64,000 nucleotides of DNA, from the IMG/VR virus record IMGVR_UViG_3300027772_001865, positions 17,427 through 81,426 of that record; one strand, 5' to 3'. This DNA comes from a virus (Duplodnaviria; Caudoviricetes). Below are positions 56,123-63,998 of this stretch, in pieces. Made by a program: the position numbers and the translations under genes. The notes under the pieces are model-generated. The model was not told the DNA's origin and did not search any database. It worked only from the letters and a program-made list of their open reading frames with translations. Each line of letters begins with the position of its first letter. The stretch's first letter is position 1.

Positions 56123-56475
56123 GGTTGACTGTCTCCTTTGCCCACACGATAGTTGTCTTCTACAGAGTCTGGTGTAGATACTTCGCAAATCATGCCAGGC
56201 TCTACACAAATTAACTGATGCGGCAACAGTGGCGGATTGTGCCATACGTCCCCGGGTACTAGTTCACGTTCTTCAACTTCTGCAGTATTGGTATCAATCA
56301 CACGCACAACAAAGCGACCCATGATTACATACCATGTTTCGTCTTTCTCAGCGTGAAAGTGCATGCTAAACTTGGCACCTGCTTTGAAGTTCAACATCTT
56401 GCCACAGTACTTGTCGTTAGTGGCCCAGATGTTTTCTGAACCCCAGCCTTTTTCTACAAATCCATTTAATCTCAT
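56119..56475 (-). CDS. Cupin protein (sugar isomerase-like), 118 aa
   Basis: KGWGSE...SMHFHAEKDETWYV...HQL...EVSTPD. Confidence 0.75.
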   Translation of the reverse strand: MRLNGFVEKGWGSENIWATNDKYCGKMLNFKAGAKFSMHFHAEKDETWYVIMGRFVVRVIDTNTAEVEERELVPGDVWHNPPLLPHQLICVEPGMICEVSTPDSVEDNYRVGKGDSQP

Positions 56476-57230
56476 ATGATTTCCTCTAGGGTTGGAGCAT
56501 ACACTCCTATGTGTTGCACAGTAACGGCGCTGGCTCGAATTGCAAACTCTATGGCCTGATCCATGTTGTTGGATTTTAAATATTCAAAGCACAAGGCAGC
56601 AAGAAATGTGTCACCAGCACCACACACATCTGTTACTGCTATTTCCACAGCAGGATATGTTTGATCTTTGTAACGAGCCCCTTGCCGACCTTGCGTAACA
56701 ATAAGATCCTCGCACAAGGTCTTGGCATCGTTGTATTCTTTGTTGTTGATTTTTACAATGCATCCTGCAAGTCTTGCTAGGTCAGTTTTCTTTGTGTCCA
56801 CAAAGATTGGCCCTGAATATGTTTTACGCAAGTTTTCAATTAATTCATAAGTGACATTGCCTTTGTTGTAGTCGCTGATCACAATGGCATTGCATATAGA
56901 GAGATCTATACCATTTAATGGATAAGGCTGGTTAATATAGTCATTGTCAATACGAACGATCTGTTGCTTGCTACGTTCATCTATTAGTCGGGTTTTTGAT
57001 CCAGGCTGGCCACTTGCAACAAGTACCTCACACCCGAGTGCCACAAGGTTGGCTGCTACATTGGCAGCCATGCCGTTGCGACTTTCTTCGCGGGTGGGGA
57101 TAAAAACAGGAACAGGTGCCTCGGGGCTGATGCGGTCAACTACACCATATTGGTAGTTGTCCACGCACACATCACCTACTACCAATATCCTGAATGGCTC
57201 GGGTGGTTGAGTATGGTTCAATTCTGTCAT
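56472..57230 (-). CDS. Heptose-7-phosphate kinase-like (HldE/RfaE domain I, PfkB family), 252 aa
   Basis: VGDVCVD.Y..G.VDRISPEAPVPV, ISDYNKG and DVCGAGDTF. Confidence 0.85.
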   Translation of the reverse strand: MTELNHTQPPEPFRILVVGDVCVDNYQYGVVDRISPEAPVPVFIPTREESRNGMAANVAANLVALGCEVLVASGQPGSKTRLIDERSKQQIVRIDNDYINQPYPLNGIDLSICNAIVISDYNKGNVTYELIENLRKTYSGPIFVDTKKTDLARLAGCIVKINNKEYNDAKTLCEDLIVTQGRQGARYKDQTYPAVEIAVTDVCGAGDTFLAALCFEYLKSNNMDQAIEFAIRASAVTVQHIGVYAPTLEEII

Positions 57231-57567
57231 AAAACACTATTTCTTTACAATACTGATGACCTATAATATGTCGACCCCGATAGTCTGATCCTTTGACCAT
57301 GACAGGGTTGTACAATCTGCAGATGTCCTCAAGTTCTTGATTACTATCAAACAACCAAACTGAATCTACACTACAAAGATTCTCCAGCATGAACTTTCGA
57401 TCATTTTCAGAGTTTACGGGCCTATCTTTGCCTTTAAGTTCTCGAACACGCCGATCACTGTCGATAGCGACAATCAAAGAATCACCCAGGCTACGTGCAT
57501 AATTTAGCAATTGTACATGGCCTGGGTGTAAGATGTCAAATGTTCCGTTGACGAATATGGTTTTCAT
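57172..57567 (-). CDS. Heptose-1-phosphate adenylyltransferase-like (HldE/RfaE domain II), 131 aa
   Basis: NGTFDILHPGH, SDRRVRELKG..RP, KGSDY and STT. Confidence 0.85.
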   Translation of the reverse strand: MKTIFVNGTFDILHPGHVQLLNYARSLGDSLIVAIDSDRRVRELKGKDRPVNSENDRKFMLENLCSVDSVWLFDSNQELEDICRLYNPVMVKGSDYRGRHIIGHQYCKEIVFYDRIEPYSTTRAIQDIGSR

Positions 57568-58073
57568 TAACTGTTAAGAACTCTGGCTACACTAGTAATT
57601 ACCGCCGCAATGCGACCAATGTCACGTAAGTTCTCTACAGTGTAGCCTTGTGTTTTGAGTGTTTCGTAATGTGCCTTAACACAGAAGTGACACTTGCCCA
57701 CAATGCTGGCTGCCAACGAGAATGCTTCAAAGTTTGACTTAGTAGTTCCACCGTGACTTGCAATAGCGTTCATACGCAAACCTGCTGGTAATCCTTTGAG
57801 CGCAGGATCATCTGTCATCTCAACGTAGGGATACCAAACATTGTTCTGTGCCATGATGCTTGCGGCTGTCATTGCTGATTCTGCGTAAAGTGGATTGTCT
57901 GCCAACAACACCGCAAGTAACTTGCCGTTTCCTGTTGCGGCTAATGCGGCCACAGCACAACCTATAGCTACATTTGCATCTAGTGTGCTACGTAAGAGCA
58001 CAGCATCCAAGTTTAGCTTGGTGTCTTTTGCATAGTCTGGTAACGCACCTTTTACTGATTCAATAAAACTCAT
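57567..58073 (-). CDS. ahpD: Alkyl hydroperoxide reductase AhpD, 168 aa
   Basis: LPDYAKDTKLNL, MAQNNVWY and SIVGKCHFCVKAH (CxxC). Start moved to 58073. Confidence 0.9.
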   Translation of the reverse strand: MSFIESVKGALPDYAKDTKLNLDAVLLRSTLDANVAIGCAVAALAATGNGKLLAVLLADNPLYAESAMTAASIMAQNNVWYPYVEMTDDPALKGLPAGLRMNAIASHGGTTKSNFEAFSLAASIVGKCHFCVKAHYETLKTQGYTVENLRDIGRIAAVITSVARVLNS

Positions 58074-58702
58074 TCGTTCATTCTCCATTTGTTTTCCGGT
58101 AGTCCATAGTCCCATTTAGGATCCATTTCAACATTCCACCTAGTAGTGGCGACATTAAAATCCGGTATCTTCATTTCTTTAGGATTACTTGCTGGTTCTA
58201 AAATAACAATACGATTGTTTGGTTGTGCGGCAAATTGTCCGTTGTCACATTTAATAAAGTTAAAACTTTTGTGATCCTCAACATCTTCACTATGGCCACA
58301 ATCTATTGTATTAAAATCTGGGTGAGCAGAATCTACAGTAAAAAGATACTCACCCTCTAACCAAGAGCCATCTTTCATTTTGATCTTGCATCTCATGTTG
58401 GCAATCATTGCTTTTCTAATCACAGTGATATCATAAGACATGCTGTTCCATAACTGCAAGAAATCCAAAGGATACGGATCACCTTCTATAGGTTTCCAAC
58501 AGTAGGCGTGTAGTGGCAATTTGTCATATAGCGCACCATATTGATTGAGATAAGATTCAATTCTAAATGCTTGGCTACGTTGTGACTTGATTGAGATCCA
58601 CCAACAAGGTTCAAGTTCTCCGTGACCCTTCTCAAAGTCATACAGAAATTCCCTACGAACAAAGCATTTTACTGGTGGTAAGTTTGCTACTAAAAAACTC
58701 AT
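58070..58702 (-). CDS. Hypothetical protein, 210 aa
   Basis: Long operonic ORF with ATGA coupling. No motif assigned. Confidence 0.7.
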   Translation of the reverse strand: MSFLVANLPPVKCFVRREFLYDFEKGHGELEPCWWISIKSQRSQAFRIESYLNQYGALYDKLPLHAYCWKPIEGDPYPLDFLQLWNSMSYDITVIRKAMIANMRCKIKMKDGSWLEGEYLFTVDSAHPDFNTIDCGHSEDVEDHKSFNFIKCDNGQFAAQPNNRIVILEPASNPKEMKIPDFNVATTRWNVEMDPKWDYGLPENKWRMNE

Positions 58703-58703
58703 G

Positions 58704-59357
58704 TTAATATTTCCCCGATGCTAATACGATTTGACAAATATGTTCTAATCGTTCAATGTGTTCAAAAGCCCTCCACGGACTGGTATCTATAGCAACAACG
58801 CCGTGACCTTTGATGCCTACAATATCAAAGGCGATGTTACCCTCATTATCTAGTTGTAAGTTCTTGTGACAACCATCAGCAAGTTCTTGGCTGATAGGTG
58901 CAACATCGCCGACATTTGGTGCTACTTTAGTGTATCGGCTCAGTTCTGGAAAGTCATTAGCAAGACGGCTTAATTCAATACCCCAATGCATAGCGGCCAC
59001 ACAATAGGTCGGATGCAGATGTACTACAACTCTAACATCTGTACTGTGCTGACCCATTGCTCGTTGTAAGCCAAAGTGTAGTGGTATTTCTCCACTGGGC
59101 TTTAGTTTAGCACTGATATCAGTGTAGTATTCTTCTTCCCAACCTGTTACTAAAAAAGGAGGAACAGCACTAATGACATCTACTAACTTGATCTTCTTAA
59201 ACTGATCAGGTTGCATTGTCTGTTTACGTACGCCGCTAGGTGTGATGTAAAAGTGGTCACGGTCGTGATGACGAATACTCACATTGCCATCACGACTGGT
59301 AATCCAGTTGCGTTTATATGCTTCAACTAGTGTGTCGCAGATTGTTTCTAACATCAC
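58704..59357 (-). CDS. Class II aldolase/adducin family protein, 217 aa
   Basis: GNVSIR, ITPSG, PSGE..LH, VVHLHP and GHGVV. Confidence 0.85.
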   Translation of the reverse strand: MMLETICDTLVEAYKRNWITSRDGNVSIRHHDRDHFYITPSGVRKQTMQPDQFKKIKLVDVISAVPPFLVTGWEEEYYTDISAKLKPSGEIPLHFGLQRAMGQHSTDVRVVVHLHPTYCVAAMHWGIELSRLANDFPELSRYTKVAPNVGDVAPISQELADGCHKNLQLDNEGNIAFDIVGIKGHGVVAIDTSPWRAFEHIERLEHICQIVLASGKY

Positions 59358-59372
59358 TTGCTCCTATTATGT

Positions 59373-59675
59373 TCATATTTTAGGTCCCTTAAATATCTGA
59401 GTGCTGGATTCGCCTGTGCCTAACACGCAGGCTAATTTTTCATCAAACTGAATCAATGTCCATGACTTGGTTCCTTCGTTCACAAACAAACTGTATCGTG
59501 ACAAAGTAACTCCGGGTTCAGTGCCCCACCATATGGGGTTTTCTTTGTAGTCACTACTGCTCAATCCTCGTAACAATAGGGCTGTGTCAACACATTCTAT
59601 AGGCTTTTGCACAGTGACTGACTGAGCCGCTACCAGGCCAACTGCCAACAGAGTAAGAAATAAGAGATATTGCAT
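59373..59675 (-). CDS. Putative exported protein, 100 aa
   Basis: N-terminal signal peptide (LLFLTLLAVGLVAA/Q). Confidence 0.6.
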   Translation of the reverse strand: MQYLLFLTLLAVGLVAAQSVTVQKPIECVDTALLLRGLSSSDYKENPIWWGTEPGVTLSRYSLFVNEGTKSWTLIQFDEKLACVLGTGESSTQIFKGPKI

Positions 59676-59687
59676 GTTAAGTCATAC

Positions 59688-59852
59688 TTATGCTCCGTAG
59701 TACACATTCGTATCCACAATCGGTGCACACATCTTTTCTCCATCCCACTTGCGCCCGCACCAGCATTCATCTTCTTCATTGACAATACAGGTACCGTCGC
59801 ACATGTCATGCTTCATGTAATCACCTGCTGTGGTAAATTTTAAATCGTTCAT
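59688..59852 (-). CDS. Small Cys-rich acidic protein, 54 aa (not in ORF track)
   Basis: MNDLKFTTAGDYMKHDMCDGTCIVNEEDECWCGRKWDGEKMCAPIVDTNVYYGA*. ATGA coupling. Confidence 0.6.
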   Translation of the reverse strand: MNDLKFTTAGDYMKHDMCDGTCIVNEEDECWCGRKWDGEKMCAPIVDTNVYYGA

Positions 59853-60076
59853 GCCATAACATCCAAGTTGGGTCTAACATTGTGTTGAGTGATTACGGCT
59901 TGGTTGTCGTAGACTTCGATGGGATGATGATATCGTCGGGTTACTACACTGCCATTGGGATAGGTGGTCTGACTCCAGATTTCACTTTCTACTCGTCCCT
60001 TGCCTATGATAGGAGTGGCCAACACACCACTGAAGGTTGTTTTGTGTAATGTTATAGGCGCTGTTGATTCACTCAT
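59849..60076 (-). CDS. Hypothetical protein, 75 aa
   Basis: TAATG coupling to psiE. Confidence 0.55.
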   Translation of the reverse strand: MSESTAPITLHKTTFSGVLATPIIGKGRVESEIWSQTTYPNGSVVTRRYHHPIEVYDNQAVITQHNVRPNLDVMA

Positions 60077-60495
60077 TATACTACCTCATCAGATTTATCT
60101 GTGCTGTATCTGGCACTTGTGTATCTTACTACCAACACACTGATAGCCACAACAAAAATACTCGCTGCCACTGCCATCATCTCATTGATTTTAATGGGAG
60201 TATGGCTCATGATGTCTACCATGTGGCGGGTCAACGCTGTCATTGCAATGTACAACAGAAAACGCACAGGCATATGATTGGTCTTGAAATAGATGCCAAC
60301 CATGGCACCAATTTCCAAATAGATAAACATCAACAACAGATCAGCAATGGTGGCATGATGCTTGGTAAACATTTCCACAAAGGTCCACCCTGCCGCCCAG
60401 GCAGTGGCTGCACCAATGGCAAACAGGGCCAGCTTATGAAATATCATTACAGCTTGATTACCAACATTATCTACCTGACTATGTAATTTTTTCAT
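60076..60495 (-). CDS. psiE: Phosphate-starvation-inducible PsiE family membrane protein, 139 aa
   Basis: ADLLLMFIYLEIGAMVGIYFKTNHMPVRFLLYIAMTALTR. Four TM segments. Confidence 0.85.
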   Translation of the reverse strand: MKKLHSQVDNVGNQAVMIFHKLALFAIGAATAWAAGWTFVEMFTKHHATIADLLLMFIYLEIGAMVGIYFKTNHMPVRFLLYIAMTALTRHMVDIMSHTPIKINEMMAVAASIFVVAISVLVVRYTSARYSTDKSDEVV

Positions 60496-60857
60496 TAGAT
60501 ATTCCTAGACAGTTGTTGTCTTTGTTCGTCAGTCATTTCTTCATCTCTAGCCGAACGATCCGGAGCTCGCAACCAATCTACACCTGTGCGTGGCTTGTAG
60601 GCGTTTTCCACCGACCTAAACACAGTCGCGGTAGCAAACACCATGCTGATAATGGCAATGTGACCCAGCATGTTGTAGCCAATTATTAGCAGTTCGCCAA
60701 TGTAAATTCCAAATGCCAGACTCCAAAAACAACCTAACAGTATGCTGAGAAAGTATTTGACATAAACAGGTGCATGACGCAAAGGGTTCAAATTGGGATT
60801 CAAGATATCCCAAGATGACCGACTCACTAACCAAAAGAATTTGAGTATACTAAACAT
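60495..60857 (-). CDS. Membrane protein, 120 aa
   Basis: Two hydrophobic segments. AAGGA SD. Confidence 0.65.
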   Translation of the reverse strand: MFSILKFFWLVSRSSWDILNPNLNPLRHAPVYVKYFLSILLGCFWSLAFGIYIGELLIIGYNMLGHIAIISMVFATATVFRSVENAYKPRTGVDWLRAPDRSARDEEMTDEQRQQLSRNI

Positions 60858-60885
60858 AACAGTCCTTGTTAAGATTGAAGTATTA

Positions 60886-60915
60886 ATTATAGCATCTTTT
60901 GATTAGGTATGTCAA
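60886..60915 (-). promoter_or_regulatory. sigma70 promoter (extended -10)
   Basis: TTGACA-N18-TATAAT with TGC. Heads the 60857-55346 gene run. Confidence 0.75.
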
Positions 60916-60931
60916 GTAATATCTGCCCAAA

Positions 60932-61471
60932 TTATAGTGTCTCGCCGCCCACTGAGCGATTGCAGGCACAGAGCTCACCTGTTTGCAATGCATCCAACAC
61001 ACGAAGTGTTTCTTCTGGACTACGACCAACGTTCAAGTTGTTTACAGTAACGTGTTGAATTTCATTGCTGGGATCAATTATGAATGTGGCACGAAGTGCG
61101 GCACCTGCTGGCGCATAGAACACACCCAACTGTTCGATTAAACTCAACTCGCCACGCTGTGTATCAGCAAACTGATGATGTGTGATTTTCTTTAGATCAG
61201 TGTGAGCTGTTTGCCAAGCTACTTTGCAGAACTCATTGTCTGTTGATCCAGTCAGTAATACTGCATCACGGTCGGCAAAGTCTTGTGCTAACTTGTCGTA
61301 GGCCACAATCTCTGTGGGACATACGAATGTAAAGTCTTTGGGATAGTAAACGATTACTTTCCACTTGCCTTCAAACGATTGATCTGTAATTGTATAGAAA
61401 GCATCTTCTGGTTGTCCAGGCTTGACGCCTGTGACTGCGAATGGGGCTAATTTGTCGCCAACTGTTTTCAT
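60932..61471 (-). CDS. ahpC: Peroxiredoxin AhpC, 179 aa
   Basis: YYPKDFTFVCPTE, ALRATFIIDP, GRSPEETLR and LCAC. Confidence 0.92.
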   Translation of the reverse strand: MKTVGDKLAPFAVTGVKPGQPEDAFYTITDQSFEGKWKVIVYYPKDFTFVCPTEIVAYDKLAQDFADRDAVLLTGSTDNEFCKVAWQTAHTDLKKITHHQFADTQRGELSLIEQLGVFYAPAGAALRATFIIDPSNEIQHVTVNNLNVGRSPEETLRVLDALQTGELCACNRSVGGETL

Positions 61472-61518
61472 GTTTTTTCCTTGTGTAAAATAGTACTCAG
61501 TATTTGTACTGAGTGTTT

Positions 61519-61547
61519 ATTGTACTAGTATATAGTCTTGAAGTCAA
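61519..61547 (-). promoter_or_regulatory. sigma70 promoter of ahpC
   Basis: TTGACT-N17-TACAAT. Leader hairpin CUCAGUA-CAAA-UACUGAG at 61496-61513. Confidence 0.7.
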
Positions 61548-61567
61548 GCAAAAATGCTAAATCTTAC

Positions 61568-61604
61568 AGAAAATATCTTAATAACATCAATAGGAAAAAT
61601 CAAT
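61568..61604. promoter_or_regulatory. Possible OxyR-type binding site
   Basis: AGAA-N7-TAAT-N7-ATAG-N7-CAAT, compared with consensus ATAG-N7-CTAT-N7-ATAG-N7-CTAT. Confidence 0.35.
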
Positions 61605-61606
61605 AG

Positions 61607-61759
61607 TTAACTGGGGATCATTTTGGGAAGGTACGGCACTGCTCTTGGTCCGTAACGTTGTTGCAGAAGAAATCTAGCCGCCTGTGCTGTATCTGCCCCC
61701 ACACGGTCTTTGAATTCACGACCGTCGGGTGTGCGTATGGTTGCTTCAAAAAGTTTCAT
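61607..61759 (-). CDS. Small hypothetical protein, 50 aa (not in ORF track)
   Basis: MKLFEATIRTPDGREFKDRVGADTAQAARFLLQQRYGPRAVPYLPKMIPS*. Confidence 0.55.
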   Translation of the reverse strand: MKLFEATIRTPDGREFKDRVGADTAQAARFLLQQRYGPRAVPYLPKMIPS

Positions 61760-61806
61760 ATAACTAGCCCTGTTGGGACTGTATTGATATAAACCAGTGG
61801 ATGTTT

Positions 61807-62127
61807 TTAAGTACTAGCTACGTCTAAAAGAGTCCATCCAGCATCTGCTGATAACTGCGCCGATAATTCTCCATCAAATGTTACAGCGGCTTCATATGCC
61901 TCGCGAGATGTGGCTATTTTTCTAGTAGTAAGTATAAAATCAGTCTGATCCCACTGATATGTCACTGGTTCAAGCAGAATACCATTGTTGACCATTGCAG
62001 TAAAGCATGCTTCAAACTCTGCAATATATTCAGCAGGATATAACGCACATTTACTTGCGTGAGCTGCCTGTCCGTCAGCAAAGTGAGCACCGTTTTTGAA
62101 CCATCTCGTAGAAACATCTTGTGACAT
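61807..62127 (-). CDS. Hypothetical protein, 106 aa
   Basis: AAAGGA SD. Follows the PP-loop gene. Confidence 0.6.
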   Translation of the reverse strand: MSQDVSTRWFKNGAHFADGQAAHASKCALYPAEYIAEFEACFTAMVNNGILLEPVTYQWDQTDFILTTRKIATSREAYEAAVTFDGELSAQLSADAGWTLLDVAST

Positions 62128-62128
62128 T

Positions 62129-63235
62129 TTAAATCCTTTGTAAAATTTTTCCTAATGCTTTTCTAACATCAGGATCAGCAATAGAGTATTTATTCCATTG
62201 ATTATCTATTGCTATCAGTTTGCTACCAATACCATCAAGTCCTGAATAACTGGCTTCTTCTTTTTTACTAGCATACCATAGATCATTACCATCAAATTGA
62301 TAGATATAGTTTTTTGGTGCCCATTTGCTTATGACATTCCGAGTGCTATTGCGTCGTTGATCTTTGGAAATCATGCTCCATACTTGCATTTCAGGTTGAG
62401 CATAAAATCTATACAACCCGTGATTGTAAAATAGCTGTGTTTGAACGGCAGTCAAGTTTTTAGCGTATCCGGGGACTTTTCTTATTAAAACTTCGTCAAA
62501 CTTAAAGTTAAAATTTGCCCACCATATAAAGTCGTAAACCGTTTCAATGTCGATGGGTGCATGGTGTATAGAATCCTTGATCAACTCTACCGTGAATGCA
62601 GTACTGCCGGGAATTGCAGTGGTCAAGTCAGACACAGTTCTCCAGGGCTGATCAAGAAAATCAAAATTTTGATAATACGAATGTACATGTATGGCTCGCC
62701 ATCCCAAAATTTGATTACCGGCTTCGCCATCAACAATTACAATTTTGTCAAAATTTAAAGAATCAATATTTAATGTGTTTATATCTTGTGTTTGTAACTT
62801 TTTTTCAATGAACCGATGATAAAAATATGGGTTTTCTTTGATACTGTTGTTGTTGTACAGGACAATTAATTTTTCTAAAAAGTTTGTATTGCCTGTTTTG
62901 AGCAAGCTGACCAAAATGCTGGTACTATCAATGCCGCCACTGTAAGCAATATAAGGCGTTTTCCCTGACTGCAAAATTTGATGACAAAATTTTTCAGCAA
63001 TAGAATCAATGACATTATCAAAATTTTCTTCGCTGTGAATAAGTTTGGGGATAGGACATACCGTAGGAGCCAAAGACCAAGGTGTGTTTAGTTGATGTAC
63101 TCTGGATGTGGTATGGCTTGGCCACTCAAGTCCTTTTGTTAGATTAAACCAATTGTGATATTGATAGTCACTATCGGTAACATCAAAATCATGTGATATA
63201 ACTGCATTGGTGGAAAAGAAAATTAAATTATTCAT
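62129..63235 (-). CDS. PP-loop (asparagine synthase-like) protein, 368 aa
   Basis: IAYSGGIDSTSIL and VDGEAGNQILG. Confidence 0.6.
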   Translation of the reverse strand: MNNLIFFSTNAVISHDFDVTDSDYQYHNWFNLTKGLEWPSHTTSRVHQLNTPWSLAPTVCPIPKLIHSEENFDNVIDSIAEKFCHQILQSGKTPYIAYSGGIDSTSILVSLLKTGNTNFLEKLIVLYNNNSIKENPYFYHRFIEKKLQTQDINTLNIDSLNFDKIVIVDGEAGNQILGWRAIHVHSYYQNFDFLDQPWRTVSDLTTAIPGSTAFTVELIKDSIHHAPIDIETVYDFIWWANFNFKFDEVLIRKVPGYAKNLTAVQTQLFYNHGLYRFYAQPEMQVWSMISKDQRRNSTRNVISKWAPKNYIYQFDGNDLWYASKKEEASYSGLDGIGSKLIAIDNQWNKYSIADPDVRKALGKILQRI

Positions 63236-63836
63236 ATAAACTTTTTCTTAATGTAGTCAAGATACACGATGGAAGAACATTGATTGTTCCTATCTGCGTT
63301 ATAGTCAACTGATATAATTGATCAACAATGTCAGAGATATGTATTTCAATTGAAAAAATTTTGTTCACTTGATCAATAAATTCCACGGAGTTGGCACAGG
63401 TAAGATTTGCAATGTCAACTAGTTCTAATATTCTGTGATACAACAACAGTTGATCTTGCAATTCTAACTGTCTATTTTGATCCAATAAACATGATGCTGT
63501 TTTGTTGACCAAGTTAGGGCATTCAAGTGAATGATATTTGGTTTGTGTCTGACCAAATATAGGGTTTGCCATAGAAGGCGTAATTAAAATAGTGTTACTA
63601 GTTGTCGGAAGTTGCCAAAAACTGCAGGTATGGCTAGTAATTTGGTCCCGGTGATCTTGAAAATTTTCAAACACCTCAAGGTCGCACACCAGCAACGATA
63701 ATTTGCCTCTGAACACATTTCTTATAGTATGTGCATGCTCTTGGTTATCAAGCACAAGCCAGATATTTCTAAAATGTGTATCTACTAACGCAAATCTGCC
63801 TTTGGTCAAGAATTGAAACTGAGCTTGATATCCCAT
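63228..63836 (-). CDS. Hypothetical protein, 202 aa
   Basis: Operonic, overlaps the PP-loop gene. Confidence 0.6.
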   Translation of the reverse strand: MGYQAQFQFLTKGRFALVDTHFRNIWLVLDNQEHAHTIRNVFRGKLSLLVCDLEVFENFQDHRDQITSHTCSFWQLPTTSNTILITPSMANPIFGQTQTKYHSLECPNLVNKTASCLLDQNRQLELQDQLLLYHRILELVDIANLTCANSVEFIDQVNKIFSIEIHISDIVDQLYQLTITQIGTINVLPSCILTTLRKSLYE

Positions 63837-63839
63837 TGA

Positions 63840-63998
63840 TTATTTGTTAATATATGTTCTATTCAACATGGTGTGATTGTGATCAGTTGGTCCCCAATCT
63901 CCGTCTGGGTGCCAGGCAATAACAGTCATGCTTGAATCGGTAGTTCTAAATCTATGAAGTTCGTTTTCTTCTAAGCAAAAATTTACACCTGTCACAAG
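63840..63998 (-). CDS. C-terminal fragment of a cupin-like protein (truncated by window end)
   Basis: Hand-translated ...ENELHRFRTTDSSMTVIAWHPDGDWGPTDHNHTMLNRTYINK*. Confidence 0.5.
   Translation of the reverse strand, partial: LVTGVNFCLEENELHRFRTTDSSMTVIAWHPDGDWGPTDHNHTMLNRTYINK

Noticed and set aside
56123-56245. Long N-terminal extensions in the ORF track (hldD from 56245; also 58115, 43886, 33985, 15114, 55329)
   Set aside because: The extensions overlap upstream genes or promoters. Downstream starts give family-typical N-termini with ATGA coupling or an SD.
50074-63235. Lasso-peptide system from the asparagine-synthase-like genes
   Set aside because: No transglutaminase-like B2 protease, RRE/PqqD domain or precursor with a Thr(-2)/Gly1 pattern was seen.
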